From the NCBI GenBank assembly GCA_047617585.1, contig JBLGBD010000001.1, positions 53,454 to 117,453 of the forward strand: a stretch of DNA of 64,000 bases, given 5' to 3'. A program made the translations under genes and the position numbers. This DNA is from Pseudohongiellaceae bacterium (lineage in GTDB: Bacteria; Pseudomonadota; Gammaproteobacteria; Pseudomonadales; Pseudohongiellaceae). Under the pieces are notes generated by a model. That model had not been told where the DNA came from. It saw nothing but the letters and a program-made list of their open reading frames with translations, and did not search any database. How positions within the stretch are numbered: the first letter of the stretch is position 1; each line of letters starts with the position of its first letter. This document shows positions 9,602 through 19,512 of the stretch, piece by piece.

Positions 9602-10537
9602 ATGAAAATTTTGGCCCATAATCTGCGATATTTTTGGTCCGCTTGGCTGATTCTTTGGTCCCTTGCTTGTGCGGGCGCAGAAGAAACCAGTCAATATCAA
9701 AACTGGCTAGAGCTGGCAGCTGCTGATCAGACCTTTGCCGATAGGTCCGCTGCTATTGGCAGAACTAGAGCATTTTTAGAATTTCTCGGCGAAGGTTCGG
9801 TGGTGTTCCGAGATGGTCCGGTAGATGCGTTGGAGCTCTACAGTTCAGAAGCATTTCAGGCTGGTGCGAGCGAAATCAGTTGGAAAGCTCACTATATCGA
9901 CGTCTCGCGAGCAGGGGATCTAGGATTATCTGCTGGGCCTTTGACGATTATCAATCCTTCGGGCGACTCAGACCAAAATACATTTGGTCACTTAATTTCA
10001 ATATGGCGCAAAGCAGCAGGTAAGTGGCAGCTGATGTCTGATATTGTAGTTAGTATCCCGGGCTATTTGAGTCTAGATGTGGAGCCAAATTTTTCCGACA
10101 CCGTGCCTGTTCTTGATGAAACGGCTCACCCAGTTTTGGCCATGGACCAAAATAATACCCTGCAAAGTCTTATTGATGCTGACAATTTGTTTGGTCGATC
10201 CATCAATTTTCGCGGAGGGCAGCGTGCGTTGCTGCGCTATGGCTTGGAGAATTCGAGGGTCTATTTGCCAGGCATGGCGCCCGCTGTGGGAGCAGAGTCG
10301 GCAAGCTCGGTTTACGGCGCGTTTTTGGACAACCAGTTATCTACAACTAATCCTGTAAGCCTAACCTTCATAGGGGGTTATCTTTCGCAGTCTAAGGAAA
10401 TGGGATACACCTACGGCACTATGAAGACTGATACCGATGATGGCGAGGTTGGCTTTGTGACCGACTACCTTCGCTTGTGGCGTTTTTCAGAATTCAATGA
10501 ATGGCGTATCGCAGTTGAGGTACTTAGCCCGCACTGA
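9602..10537 (+). CDS. Secreted protein with two NTF2/SnoaL-like (DUF4440-like) halves
   Basis: It has a signal peptide. Each half ends in a ...W.K..G.W.. type motif (ISIWRKAAGKWQLMSD and YLRLWRFSEFNEWRIAVE). The fold assignment is inferred only. Confidence 0.45.
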   Translation: MKILAHNLRYFWSAWLILWSLACAGAEETSQYQNWLELAAADQTFADRSAAIGRTRAFLEFLGEGSVVFRDGPVDALELYSSEAFQAGASEISWKAHYIDVSRAGDLGLSAGPLTIINPSGDSDQNTFGHLISIWRKAAGKWQLMSDIVVSIPGYLSLDVEPNFSDTVPVLDETAHPVLAMDQNNTLQSLIDADNLFGRSINFRGGQRALLRYGLENSRVYLPGMAPAVGAESASSVYGAFLDNQLSTTNPVSLTFIGGYLSQSKEMGYTYGTMKTDTDDGEVGFVTDYLRLWRFSEFNEWRIAVEVLSPH

Positions 10538-10553
10538 TCCTCTCCTGGCTATA

Positions 10554-12482
10554 TTATGGAGCCAGCTCCACTAGTCGTTTGCCGTAGTGAGACGTTTCGC
10601 CATTGTTACCGACTATTTCAAGCTCAATCTCGTGCCACCCTTCAGCTAAATCCTCGGTTTCGAGTACTGAACTAAATCCCAGCATTGGAGAATTTGGATC
10701 GCTCTGGGTTTGGGCTGAATAAATCTCTGCGACATCGGGACGATTCAGCTCATAGCGTATCGATTGCGCGCTTTCGCCATCGACTAAAATTCGAATTCCG
10801 GCAATCCCGATATCTTGTTTGAATGCCCAGCCGCTGACTTCGATGGTGCCCGAAAACTTGGAGTTTGGCTGGGGGGCATCTAACCATGCTCTGGTAGGGT
10901 AGGGGCATTCGCCGGCTGCAGTATTGCCGTTGTCTTTACCTATTAGGGTGCCGGTATAAACACTGAATTTTTTGTCTCCGGCAAAGAAACGAAAGGTCGA
11001 ATCCCAAGATAAAGTACTGCTCAAAGCACACATGCGTGCAATGACTGCCGTTTTTTCTTCGATGTTGAGGGTGCTGTCCTCGGTCAAAAACAAGAATGCA
11101 GAACTTGGTACTAACGAAAGGCCAACTACGTCTTTTTGCCATAGATGGAGCTGGGTTATCCGACCATCGCTCACGGCCTTTTTTTCGTCTATGGTAAAGG
11201 TGTTATGGCTAAGCCCTGCGAATTCAATTTGAGCTGCTGTGTAGTAGTTGTCGGTTACTAGAACCGGTATTGCATCGTACTGTGCCAAGCGCTTTTCAAG
11301 TGCCAGGTTGAACTCTGCCCAACCTGCCATTTTATTGGACAAGATGTCTTGGCCAAGTATCGTTTGTAGCGAGTCTTGAAACGCCTGTGAGCCGATTCCA
11401 ATGAAAGCGGTAACTGTGCCAAGAAAACCAATGAGTGGTACGCCTTTTATAACCACAGATCTGGCGCTGGAGTGCCATTTCTCTCCGGCGTAGTTTGCCA
11501 CTTGTCTTAATGTGTCAGGTAAAACAACAAGCAAAGGGAAGTAGCCAGACAAGGGCCAGTGAATTGATGTGCTATTGGCATCGCTCCAGGGAGCAAGAAT
11601 CATGTACGCCAAAAGGTGGGTCGCCGAGAAGTAAAATAGGAAGCTCGCCTTGGTATCGCCGCAGCGGGTTTGTTTGAACAAATAGACTAAGGTATAGATT
11701 AGTAGTGCGTAGAGTGGCGGAGTGACTAGGCCGGCCTGCTTAAACACATGGAGTAAGCCGTTGGTTTGGAATTGCCACGGATGACGATCTACGAAATAGA
11801 AGCTAGCACTGCTGAGATCGTGTTGAAGGTTAAACCAAATAATCGGTGCAAGGCCCATGCTCGCTATAGCAAAAGCGAGCCAGAGTTTTTTATTTTGCCA
11901 CTGCCGCCTTTGACTTTGGCATAAGCTCAAAAACAAAACGGCAGAAACAGGGTAAAGAATAAATCGGTAGTGGGTCGAAAACCCAAGTGCAACAAAGAGG
12001 CCGGTTAAAATCCACATAGCAGTGCTGTCGGTTCGCAGTGAGCGCTCGAAGCTGCCAATAGCAAGTAGGCCGAAAAAAAGTAAGGGCACATCAGGTACGG
12101 CGAGCAAACCGAGAAAGCCACCTAGGGGCAAGCACAGACTAAATAAAGCTGATTCTATTGCCTTTTGCTTGTTGGTCAGGGGCAAGGCGACCCAAAACAC
12201 AAGCAGGGGGGTTAGACTTCCAAGCACGATGAACATGCTGCGAAGCGCCAAGCTGCTTCCCGGACTTAGGCTCGAGCCTAGCCCTGCAAGTAGGGCGGTT
12301 ACAAAGGGCAGGTCGCTGTAAGCGATAGCGGGCTTGGTTGAGGCAAGCCAGTAAAATACTTCGTCGCTGTATAAGTCCAGCACCGAGCCAAAATAGAGTT
12401 TGCCGATGATGCAAATAAACAGCGCGGGGAGAATAAACCTCCCCAGCGACGTCTCACTATCTTGCGTAGTCTGGCCCAACAA
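10554..12482 (-). CDS. GT-C / family 39-like (ArnT/PMT-type) membrane glycosyltransferase with a C-terminal soluble beta-sandwich-like domain
   Basis: There are many TM helices and a DE..Y motif in the first loop (LYSDEVFYWLAS). The last ~110 aa are non-membrane (SGTIEVSGWAFKQDIGIAGIRILVDGE...). The start codon is TTG. Confidence 0.6.
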   Translation of the reverse strand: MLGQTTQDSETSLGRFILPALFICIIGKLYFGSVLDLYSDEVFYWLASTKPAIAYSDLPFVTALLAGLGSSLSPGSSLALRSMFIVLGSLTPLLVFWVALPLTNKQKAIESALFSLCLPLGGFLGLLAVPDVPLLFFGLLAIGSFERSLRTDSTAMWILTGLFVALGFSTHYRFILYPVSAVLFLSLCQSQRRQWQNKKLWLAFAIASMGLAPIIWFNLQHDLSSASFYFVDRHPWQFQTNGLLHVFKQAGLVTPPLYALLIYTLVYLFKQTRCGDTKASFLFYFSATHLLAYMILAPWSDANSTSIHWPLSGYFPLLVVLPDTLRQVANYAGEKWHSSARSVVIKGVPLIGFLGTVTAFIGIGSQAFQDSLQTILGQDILSNKMAGWAEFNLALEKRLAQYDAIPVLVTDNYYTAAQIEFAGLSHNTFTIDEKKAVSDGRITQLHLWQKDVVGLSLVPSSAFLFLTEDSTLNIEEKTAVIARMCALSSTLSWDSTFRFFAGDKKFSVYTGTLIGKDNGNTAAGECPYPTRAWLDAPQPNSKFSGTIEVSGWAFKQDIGIAGIRILVDGESAQSIRYELNRPDVAEIYSAQTQSDPNSPMLGFSSVLETEDLAEGWHEIELEIVGNNGETSHYGKRLVELAP

Positions 12483-12496
12483 GTGGCGTCCCTATA

Positions 12497-14641
12497 CTAA
12501 ATCTGTATGGCGTGAATCAAGTTCTTCGGCACCATATTAACCGCAATACGCTTTAGATTGAGTATAAAAAGAATAAGTATAGAAAGCATAGAAGCAATCC
12601 ATACTGCAGAAAACACTGGGTGGCTGGCAAATGTCCCTAACTGATACAAGCAAGTAGCAACGATATAAGCCAAACCCGTACACCAGCTGAAAACAAGCAG
12701 GGTCCAACGCCATCCAGCCTCTTTATTAATTGCCCCCAACACGGCGACACAGGGCGCATAGAGAAGGACAAAGACCAAGTAGCAAAACGCCGCAAAAGGG
12801 GTGTTGAAGAGCAAGGCCATATTGGTGAGCGTACTATCAGTAACACCCTGTTCGGCTGTTACAACTGAAATGTCAGTCACCTCTCCGATAGACAGTTTCA
12901 GCGGGTCGGTTAGGGCGCTGCTCAGCGCCACGAATTCAGTCCCAATACTGCTAAAAGCTTCCTTCGCGGCAGCTATCAAATCTGGTGGACCGCTCTCTCC
13001 AGCACCGTCATTGCTTGTATAAAGAGCGTCTAGAGTGCCCACTATCGCCTCTTTAGCAAACATGCCTGTAAACAAGCCAACTGTTGCCGGCCAATTGTCA
13101 TTGGCGATACCCATCGGCGCAAAGACTGGCGTGATGGACTTTCCAATTACGCTGAGAACAGATTGTTCAGAATCTTGATTACCGAATGTGAAGTCCGTGC
13201 TCACAGAATTTAAAAAGCTCAACACGATGACAACCCCAACGATAGTCTTACCCGCTCGCAGGACGAATCCTCGCAGGCGAAACCAAGTGGTTAACAAAAG
13301 GTTTCTAATAACGGGCACATGGTAGGCAGGCATTTCTTGAAAAGACGGTGTCAGCTCATCTTTGAAGAGCTGTTTTCGAAATATCCATCCAGTAAAAACA
13401 GCCAGGCCGATACCCAGTAAGTACAAGCCAAACACGATATTTTGGCCATTGCTTTGGAAAAACGCCGCAGCGAATAGTGCGTAAACGGTAAGTCTGGCCC
13501 CGCATGACATAAAGGGCGCCATAGCTATGGTCATAAGGCGGTCGCTGTCTCTGCCGAGAGTCCGCGCTGCCATGACCGCAGGAACGTTGCAGCCAAAGCC
13601 CACGATAAGCGGGACGAAAGCGTTGCCTGGCAGGCCAATGCCGCCCATTAATCTGTCTACGACGAACGCAGCTCTGGACATATAGCCGGAATCCTCTAGC
13701 GCTGCTAAACATAAATACAGGAAGCCAATCACAGGAATAAAAGTTGCGACTAGAGTGATACCGCCACCGAGCCCTTGAGCAATAAGTGTGACGATAACGG
13801 GGTGAAACGACAGGCTCTCTAGTGCCCATGCCACACCGTCGACTAGAACGGCAGCGAACAAAATATCAAAAAAGTCGATAAAAACCGCACCAAGATTGAT
13901 GGCAAAAGTGAAGACTAAGTAAATCATCGCTAAAAACACTGGCACACCTAGCCAGCGATTTAAAACAAAGGCATCGATTCGCTCCGAGAGGCTATCGTGT
14001 GTGGGCGAAACCTCGACAACCCCTTGCGTCAACTGCCGAGACTTATGGTAGCGGCGGAGAATCGGGTCTTGGGCTATATCTGGATCTCGGAGTTCATCGA
14101 GCTCTCGTGAAGGAGTCGCGGTAGTAGTTGTCGCGGCAGCGCCGGCGGTTGCTTGCGAAGCTTCAATTGCAGATTTTAACTGGGCTAACCCTGTCTTTCG
14201 AGATGCTGTCATAGGGATAACCGGCACTGCCAAGTGTTTAGCGAGAGTACCTTCGTCGATAGTGATGCCCTGTTGAAGCGCCACATCTAGCATATTCACA
14301 ACCACAATAATGGGAACGTGAGTTTCCAGTAGCTGCTGGGTCAGTATGAGGCTGCGCTCTAAGTTAGTCGCATCGGTGAGATTGATAATTAAATCTATCG
14401 GTTCATTCTTCAAATAGTCTCGAGCGATCTGTTCATCTATGCCTAAATATTCTTGCTCGAGTGAGTAGATGCCTGGCAGGTCGATGATTTCGAAATTTTC
14501 ACCAGCAATTGAAAGTTGACCGCTTTTTCTTTCTACCGTGACCCCTGGCCAATTGCCTACTTTTTGACGGGAACCAGTCAGCAGATTGAACAAAGTGGTT
14601 TTGCCGCAATTAGGATTGCCAAGTAGTGCAATGCGTTTCAT
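12497..14641 (-). CDS. feoB: Ferrous iron transporter B
   Basis: N-terminal G-domain (LLGNPNCGKTTLFNLLTG, DLPGIYSL, NMLD) followed by a polytopic membrane domain. Confidence 0.95.
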   Translation of the reverse strand: MKRIALLGNPNCGKTTLFNLLTGSRQKVGNWPGVTVERKSGQLSIAGENFEIIDLPGIYSLEQEYLGIDEQIARDYLKNEPIDLIINLTDATNLERSLILTQQLLETHVPIIVVVNMLDVALQQGITIDEGTLAKHLAVPVIPMTASRKTGLAQLKSAIEASQATAGAAATTTTATPSRELDELRDPDIAQDPILRRYHKSRQLTQGVVEVSPTHDSLSERIDAFVLNRWLGVPVFLAMIYLVFTFAINLGAVFIDFFDILFAAVLVDGVAWALESLSFHPVIVTLIAQGLGGGITLVATFIPVIGFLYLCLAALEDSGYMSRAAFVVDRLMGGIGLPGNAFVPLIVGFGCNVPAVMAARTLGRDSDRLMTIAMAPFMSCGARLTVYALFAAAFFQSNGQNIVFGLYLLGIGLAVFTGWIFRKQLFKDELTPSFQEMPAYHVPVIRNLLLTTWFRLRGFVLRAGKTIVGVVIVLSFLNSVSTDFTFGNQDSEQSVLSVIGKSITPVFAPMGIANDNWPATVGLFTGMFAKEAIVGTLDALYTSNDGAGESGPPDLIAAAKEAFSSIGTEFVALSSALTDPLKLSIGEVTDISVVTAEQGVTDSTLTNMALLFNTPFAAFCYLVFVLLYAPCVAVLGAINKEAGWRWTLLVFSWCTGLAYIVATCLYQLGTFASHPVFSAVWIASMLSILILFILNLKRIAVNMVPKNLIHAIQI

Positions 14642-14642
14642 C

Positions 14643-14879
14643 TTATTGAATTTCCACGGAAATGATGGTGGCTTCTGATTTGCGGATGCTGATAAAGCTG
14701 CCGCCTACTTTCAGCTGCATAGGATCTCCTAGAGGCGCTATACGCAATACCTCAACTATTGCGCCGGGAATAACCCCTAGCGCAAATAGCCGAGAACGCA
14801 GCTCAGAGAACTCTTTGCTGATCTCTATCACTACACAGTGATTGCCGATTCCAGCTAAATCTAGAGAGGTTTGTGTCAT
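14643..14879 (-). CDS. feoA: Ferrous iron transport protein A
   Basis: 78-aa SH3-like FeoA pattern (LRSRLFALGVIPGAIVEVLRIAPLGDPMQLKVGGSFISIRKSEA). Its stop lies 1 nt before the feoB start. Confidence 0.85.
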   Translation of the reverse strand: MTQTSLDLAGIGNHCVVIEISKEFSELRSRLFALGVIPGAIVEVLRIAPLGDPMQLKVGGSFISIRKSEATIISVEIQ

Positions 14880-14969
14880 AAGGTGTTGTAACCAATGAGA
14901 AAAGTATTTGCGCGGGTGGGGCGATACCCCAAGCTGCGCGAAGACTTAATGTATCAAATCTTAATGGTG

Positions 14970-14998
14970 TTGACAATCATTCTCATTTGCATTTAAAT
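14970..14998 (+). promoter_or_regulatory. Candidate sigma-70 promoter (TTGACA-17 nt-TTAAAT) overlapped by a Fur-box-like sequence, in the divergent feoA/bfd intergenic region
   Basis: GACAATCATTCTCATTTGC (14972-14990) matches 13 of 19 positions of the GATAATGATAATCATTATC consensus by my hand alignment. It lies 31-49 nt upstream of the bfd ATG. Confidence 0.5.
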
Positions 14999-15020
14999 AC
15001 CTGCAATTGGAGTTTACATT

Positions 15021-15209
15021 ATGTACGTATGCATCTGTCGACAAATTACTGACAATCAGATTCGCGATCTCTGCCGTGAAGGCGTGAGTAGTTTCCAAGA
15101 CATCCGAGCCAGGCTTGGTGTAGCTAGTGAATGTGGCAAGTGCGGCAAGCTCGCTCAGTCTATCGTCAAAGAGTTCAGTAAGAATGCGGGCTTTACAAAC
15201 GCTGGCTAG
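15021..15209 (+). CDS. bfd: Bacterioferritin-associated ferredoxin
   Basis: 62 aa with MYVCICRQITDNQIR...ECGKCGK, the four-Cys [2Fe-2S] Bfd pattern. It sits upstream of bfr. Confidence 0.85.
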   Translation: MYVCICRQITDNQIRDLCREGVSSFQDIRARLGVASECGKCGKLAQSIVKEFSKNAGFTNAG

Positions 15210-15520
15210 GGTCACTTTCGCTCGAAAGTCTTTGCCTAGTAGTAGTGCTTTTGCTTATTAACCAGACTCATACCTCTATTAGCGTCGCCCTTTTTCAACA
15301 CCCTCTCTCTAGTCGCTTTCTAGTGCTTTTAGTTGCTGTTGCAGCGTGGCTTATTAGCTCGTCTGAGACATTGATGTTCGGTTTTCAACCAGCTAATTGC
15401 TAATGGGATTGCTTATCATTTAGATTTACTTTATTTATCAATGACTTAGGAGCGTTTTTCCTTGACAAATTATTTGAAAACTATAGAGTTTGGCGCATCT
15501 TAATTAGAAGGAGCCTCGCT

Positions 15521-15985
15521 ATGAAATCTGACCCAACTGTTATCAAACACCTTAACAAAGCACTGGAGAATGAGTTGGTCGCGATCAATCAGTATTTTCT
15601 CCACTCACGCATGTATGAAGATTTCGGCCTTAGCAAGTTGGCAGCAAAAGAACATGAAGAATCCATTGATGAGATGAAGCATGCCGATCTGTTGATTAAG
15701 CGAATCCTATTTTTAGAAGGGCTACCGAACCTGCAGAATCTAGGCAAACTTTTGATAGGCGAAAACACCCGAGAAATGCTCGAATGTGACTTGAAGCTGG
15801 AAATGATTGCATGCCCAGATCTAAAGGAAGGCATCGCTTACTGCGAATCTGTCGCCGACTATGTAACTAAAGACTTGTTAAGCTCTATTTTGGAAAGTGA
15901 AGAAGATCATGTGGACTGGCTAGAAACCCAGCTTTCTCTGATTGATAAAGTGGGGCTCGAAAATTATCAGCAATCTATGATCTAG
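15521..15985 (+). CDS. bfr: Bacterioferritin
   Basis: [37 protein letters not shown]... together with the [12 protein letters not shown] ferroxidase and heme-Met family pattern. An AGGAG RBS lies upstream. Confidence 0.95.
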   Translation: MKSDPTVIKHLNKALENELVAINQYFLHSRMYEDFGLSKLAAKEHEESIDEMKHADLLIKRILFLEGLPNLQNLGKLLIGENTREMLECDLKLEMIACPDLKEGIAYCESVADYVTKDLLSSILESEEDHVDWLETQLSLIDKVGLENYQQSMI

Positions 15986-16131
15986 CTTTGATCCTCCAAC
16001 GGCCCCAGCTCGCTTATCATTGGAGCAAGGCAGTAAGCCAATCGAAGGTCATCTTCTGCGTGCAGTTGTCGATACTCTTTGAGAGTATTGCACTTTATTG
16101 AGAGAAGTTAACAAACTTCCAACTGCACCGA

Positions 16132-17097
16132 GTGACCCGTATGTACGCATGTATAGATTTAGGATCCAACAGCTTCCATCTGCTCGTAGGAAAGATGGTT
16201 GATGGCAAGATCCAGATAATCGAGCGTTGCAGTGACAAGGTCCAGCTTGGCGAAGGCGCAAAGAAAACCGGCGTTATCTCCAAGGCTGCATTTAAGCGTG
16301 GCCTTTACTGTCTAACAAATTTCAAACAAATCCTTGTTCAATATCCTATCGAACGTTATTGGGCCCTAGGCACCAATACCTTTCGAGTCACCTCTAATGC
16401 AGCTGAATTTGTTGCTGCAGCCGCAGCACTGGGAATCGAAATATCGATTATTTCTGGTATCCAAGAAGCGGTCCTAATTTACGCCGGTGTAATCACGGCG
16501 CTGCCCGCATTTAGTGGCAACCGGCTCATCGTCGACATTGGCGGCGGAAGCACGGAAGTTATTATTGGCTGCGGTCAAGATCGGTTGATTACCGAGAGCA
16601 TGGTCATCGGCTGCGTGACATGGCGGGATACATTCTTTGCCAGTAATGATAGGGATGTATTAGACGAGGCAATGGATACGGGGCTGCTCAAAGCCCGAGC
16701 AGTGTTTCAGGCCAATGCGCCAGCATTGAAACGCGCAGGGTGGCAGGAAGTGTATGCTTCATCGGGTACGGTAAAAATGCTAGCCAGTATTTGCGAATCT
16801 GCTGGAGGCCCAACCAGGATAATCGAGTATTCGAAGCTAATGGAGCTACGCCCTAGCTTTCTAGATTGTGTGGCCGACGGTATCGAGTTAGCGGGTTTAA
16901 AAGAGCGCCGCTTAGACCTGCTGTTGCCAGGTTGGTGTATTATGGTTGGCTTAATGGAAGTCTACGGTATTCAAGCTATCACTTTTAGTCCAACAGCCCT
17001 GAGGGAAGGGATGCTGGATTTTATCGTTAAGAACAAGAAGACCATTGAAACCATGTCGAGCAGCGATTTGCCTGCCGTTTCTATCGCTGAATCTTAA
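16132..17097 (+). CDS. Ppx/GppA family phosphatase, short form with only the N-terminal ASKHA domains
   Basis: ACIDLGSNSFHLLVG and VDIGGGSTEV motifs. At 321 aa it lacks the C-terminal HD-type half of E. coli Ppx. An alternative ATG start is at 16141. Confidence 0.8.
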   Translation: MTRMYACIDLGSNSFHLLVGKMVDGKIQIIERCSDKVQLGEGAKKTGVISKAAFKRGLYCLTNFKQILVQYPIERYWALGTNTFRVTSNAAEFVAAAAALGIEISIISGIQEAVLIYAGVITALPAFSGNRLIVDIGGGSTEVIIGCGQDRLITESMVIGCVTWRDTFFASNDRDVLDEAMDTGLLKARAVFQANAPALKRAGWQEVYASSGTVKMLASICESAGGPTRIIEYSKLMELRPSFLDCVADGIELAGLKERRLDLLLPGWCIMVGLMEVYGIQAITFSPTALREGMLDFIVKNKKTIETMSSSDLPAVSIAES

Positions 17098-17104
17098 GCG
17101 TTAA

Positions 17105-19240
17105 CTAAGCCAATTGGCGAAGTAGCAAAGACTGCACTCCCAAGCGTTCTTTATCTTTAGGCACCAGCTCTGTGTACTCTCCATCGGGCTGCATCTCCCA
17201 AGTTTGAATGTCATCAGCAACGTAAAGCTCTAGGTCTGCCAAGATGCGCGCGGCTAGCTTCTTTTTTAATATTGGGAAGCAAACTTCAATTCGATTAGAC
17301 AGATTGCGCTCCATCCAGTCCGCGCTTGAGCAGTAAACTTGATGGTTGTTGTTTTGGAAAAAGTACACTCTGGAATGCTCAAGAAAGCGCCCGATAATTG
17401 AGATAACTCTAATGTTTTCGCTGACAGAGGCAATACCTGGCTTAAGGCAGCACGTGCCTCTCACGATCAGGTCAATTTTTACTCCAGCCATAGATGCTCT
17501 ATACAGCGCTTTAATTATTACAGGGTCTGTTAGCGCATTAATTTTGCCGATAATTCGAGCTGGCTTACCGGCGGCGCTGGCGGCGGCTTCCGCATCAATC
17601 ATTCGCACCAATGACTTGCTCAAGTTGAACGGTGCATGAATTAGCAGTTTAGGATGAATCTTCTTGCCCATGCCGGTAATTTGTTGAAACACCTTGTGGA
17701 CATCAGCGCAAATCACTTCATCGGCTGTTAGCAAACCGTAGTCAGTATAAGTGAGTGAGTTTTTGCGGTGATAATTGCCTGTGCCTAAATGGACGTAGCG
17801 TTTGAGCTTGTTGCCCACCCGACGAACAATTAACAGCATTTTAGCGTGGGTTTTATACCCCATGACGCCGTAGACGACTACAGCACCTGCTTCCTGCAGA
17901 ATGCTCGCAAAGTTCATATTTTCTTTTTCGTCAAAGCGGGCTCTCAATTCGATGACTACCGTCACCTCTTTGCCGTTTCGGGCTGCATCCGCCAATGCTT
18001 CTACCAATTCCGATGAGGCGTTTGTCCGATACAGGGTCTGTTTTATAGACAAAACGGTTGGGTCTTTGGCTGCTTGTCGAAGCCAATCGATAATTGGGAT
18101 GAATGACTCAAAAGGGTGATGTAACAATTGATCTTCTTTGTCTACCGCATAAAAAATGTCGTTGTACTGGTCTAGAACGGAAGGCAGACCAGGGGAAAAT
18201 TTTGGAAAACGCAGGTCTGGCCTGTCAATCATTTTGTACAGAGCCATCAGGCGCTGGAGATTCACTGGGCCGTCGAGTCTAAACAATGCGTCTTCTTTTA
18301 GATTGAAGCGCCCTAACAAAAAGTTGGTAAGTTCACTTGGGCAATCCTCACCAACCTCTAGCTTAGTTGCTGCGCCGAAGCGGCGACTGTGGAGCTCGCC
18401 CTGTAATGCGGATGCGACATCTTCAACTTCCACATTGGACATTTCTAAATCAGAGTTTCGGGTCACTCTAAATTGATGGCATTCGGTTACTGACATGCCG
18501 GGGAAAAATTGATCCACATGGGCGTGTATAACCGATGATAGAAAAATAAAATTGTCGCCGTCGGGCATTATGCTTCTCGGCACCTTTATCAGCCGCGGCA
18601 GCGATCTGGGAGCGGGTACAATGGCTAGGCCGCTCTCTCTGCCGAATGCGTCTTTGCCATCTAAGGAAAGAATAAAGTTCAGGCTTTTGTTGACTAGCCT
18701 CGGGAAAGGGTGGGCTGGGTCAAGCCCGAGGGGGCTGACTACGGGGACCACTTGATCGTGAAAATACTTTTCAGACCACGTGATTAATTCGGCGCTCCAT
18801 TCGTGGCGGGCGAGAAATCGAATACTCTCCTTGGCCAGTGAGGGAAACAGGTCATTGTTGAGAATTGCATATTGCTCTTCGAGGGCGGCACGCACCTGTT
18901 CGTGAAGGATTTTTAGCACTTGCTCTGGGTACAAGCCGTCGGCACCGGGCCGTTGCCTGCCAAAATCCAGCTGCTTGCGCAGCCCGGAGACTCTTATTTC
19001 AAAAAACTCGTCCAAATTTGAGCTAAAAATGAGCAGAAACATAAGCCGCTCTAGCAGTGGGTATGCCCCATTTTTCGCTTGATGTAATACTCTCAGGTTG
19101 AATTTGAGATAAGATAATTCTCTGTTTTCGAAGTAGTCACAGTTATCTAGGTCGATAACGGGTGTGGTTTCAGTCTTGCTGTTGCCAGTCGCTTTAGGCT
19201 CTTTTTCATCGGCGCTGGAGAGTTCGGATAAGGAATTCAT
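17105..19240 (-). CDS. ppk: Polyphosphate kinase 1
   Basis: 711 aa with YFENRELSYLKFNLRVL, the PLD-like HAKMLLIVRR region and GTGNYH. It is convergent with ppx, with 7 nt between the stops. Confidence 0.95.
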   Translation of the reverse strand: MNSLSELSSADEKEPKATGNSKTETTPVIDLDNCDYFENRELSYLKFNLRVLHQAKNGAYPLLERLMFLLIFSSNLDEFFEIRVSGLRKQLDFGRQRPGADGLYPEQVLKILHEQVRAALEEQYAILNNDLFPSLAKESIRFLARHEWSAELITWSEKYFHDQVVPVVSPLGLDPAHPFPRLVNKSLNFILSLDGKDAFGRESGLAIVPAPRSLPRLIKVPRSIMPDGDNFIFLSSVIHAHVDQFFPGMSVTECHQFRVTRNSDLEMSNVEVEDVASALQGELHSRRFGAATKLEVGEDCPSELTNFLLGRFNLKEDALFRLDGPVNLQRLMALYKMIDRPDLRFPKFSPGLPSVLDQYNDIFYAVDKEDQLLHHPFESFIPIIDWLRQAAKDPTVLSIKQTLYRTNASSELVEALADAARNGKEVTVVIELRARFDEKENMNFASILQEAGAVVVYGVMGYKTHAKMLLIVRRVGNKLKRYVHLGTGNYHRKNSLTYTDYGLLTADEVICADVHKVFQQITGMGKKIHPKLLIHAPFNLSKSLVRMIDAEAAASAAGKPARIIGKINALTDPVIIKALYRASMAGVKIDLIVRGTCCLKPGIASVSENIRVISIIGRFLEHSRVYFFQNNNHQVYCSSADWMERNLSNRIEVCFPILKKKLAARILADLELYVADDIQTWEMQPDGEYTELVPKDKERLGVQSLLLRQLA

Positions 19241-19432
19241 TTTCTATAACCACGAAGTGTTGAATATGCGCATTAAATGCTGCGCGCTGTAAATATTTAG
19301 TGCTAGCTGTGATCCTTTGGAGTGTCGATAGCGCCTGTAGGCGTCATCCGTTAGCGTCTACATTCGCCGCTATTGATCAACATTTAACTCAAAAAGGTTA
19401 ACGATCATAGCATTTTAGACGTTTTCTTTAAA

Positions 19433-19450
19433 CTGTCACATTAATGTAAT
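19433..19450 (+). promoter_or_regulatory. Candidate Pho box in the divergent ppk/pstS intergenic region
   Basis: CTGTCAC-ATTA-ATGTAAT compared with the consensus CTGTCAT-4 nt-CTGTCAT: 6/7 and 5/7 matches. I could not place a clean -10 at the expected spacing. Confidence 0.4.
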
Positions 19451-19512
19451 ATAAAGGCATCACAGCACGTCTTTATTGACTACTATAAACAACCGCTAGG
19501 AAAAAGCTTACT

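Noticed and set aside
13356-13829. 157-aa minus-strand ORF inside feoB, in another frame
   Set aside because: It overlaps the well-supported feoB frame. It is Arg/Trp/Cys-rich in an unlikely way, so it is a frame-shadow ORF.
14961-15215. 84-aa minus-strand ORF covering the bfd locus
   Set aside because: The plus-strand 62-aa ORF has the diagnostic Bfd cysteine pattern and a promoter. The antisense ORF has no recognisable features.
15401-15520. Possible second Fur box and promoter upstream of bfr (TTATCATTTAGATTTAC..., TTGACA)
   Set aside because: My hand alignment to the Fur consensus was poor, and the spacing from TTGACA to a -10-like hexamer is only ~14 nt.
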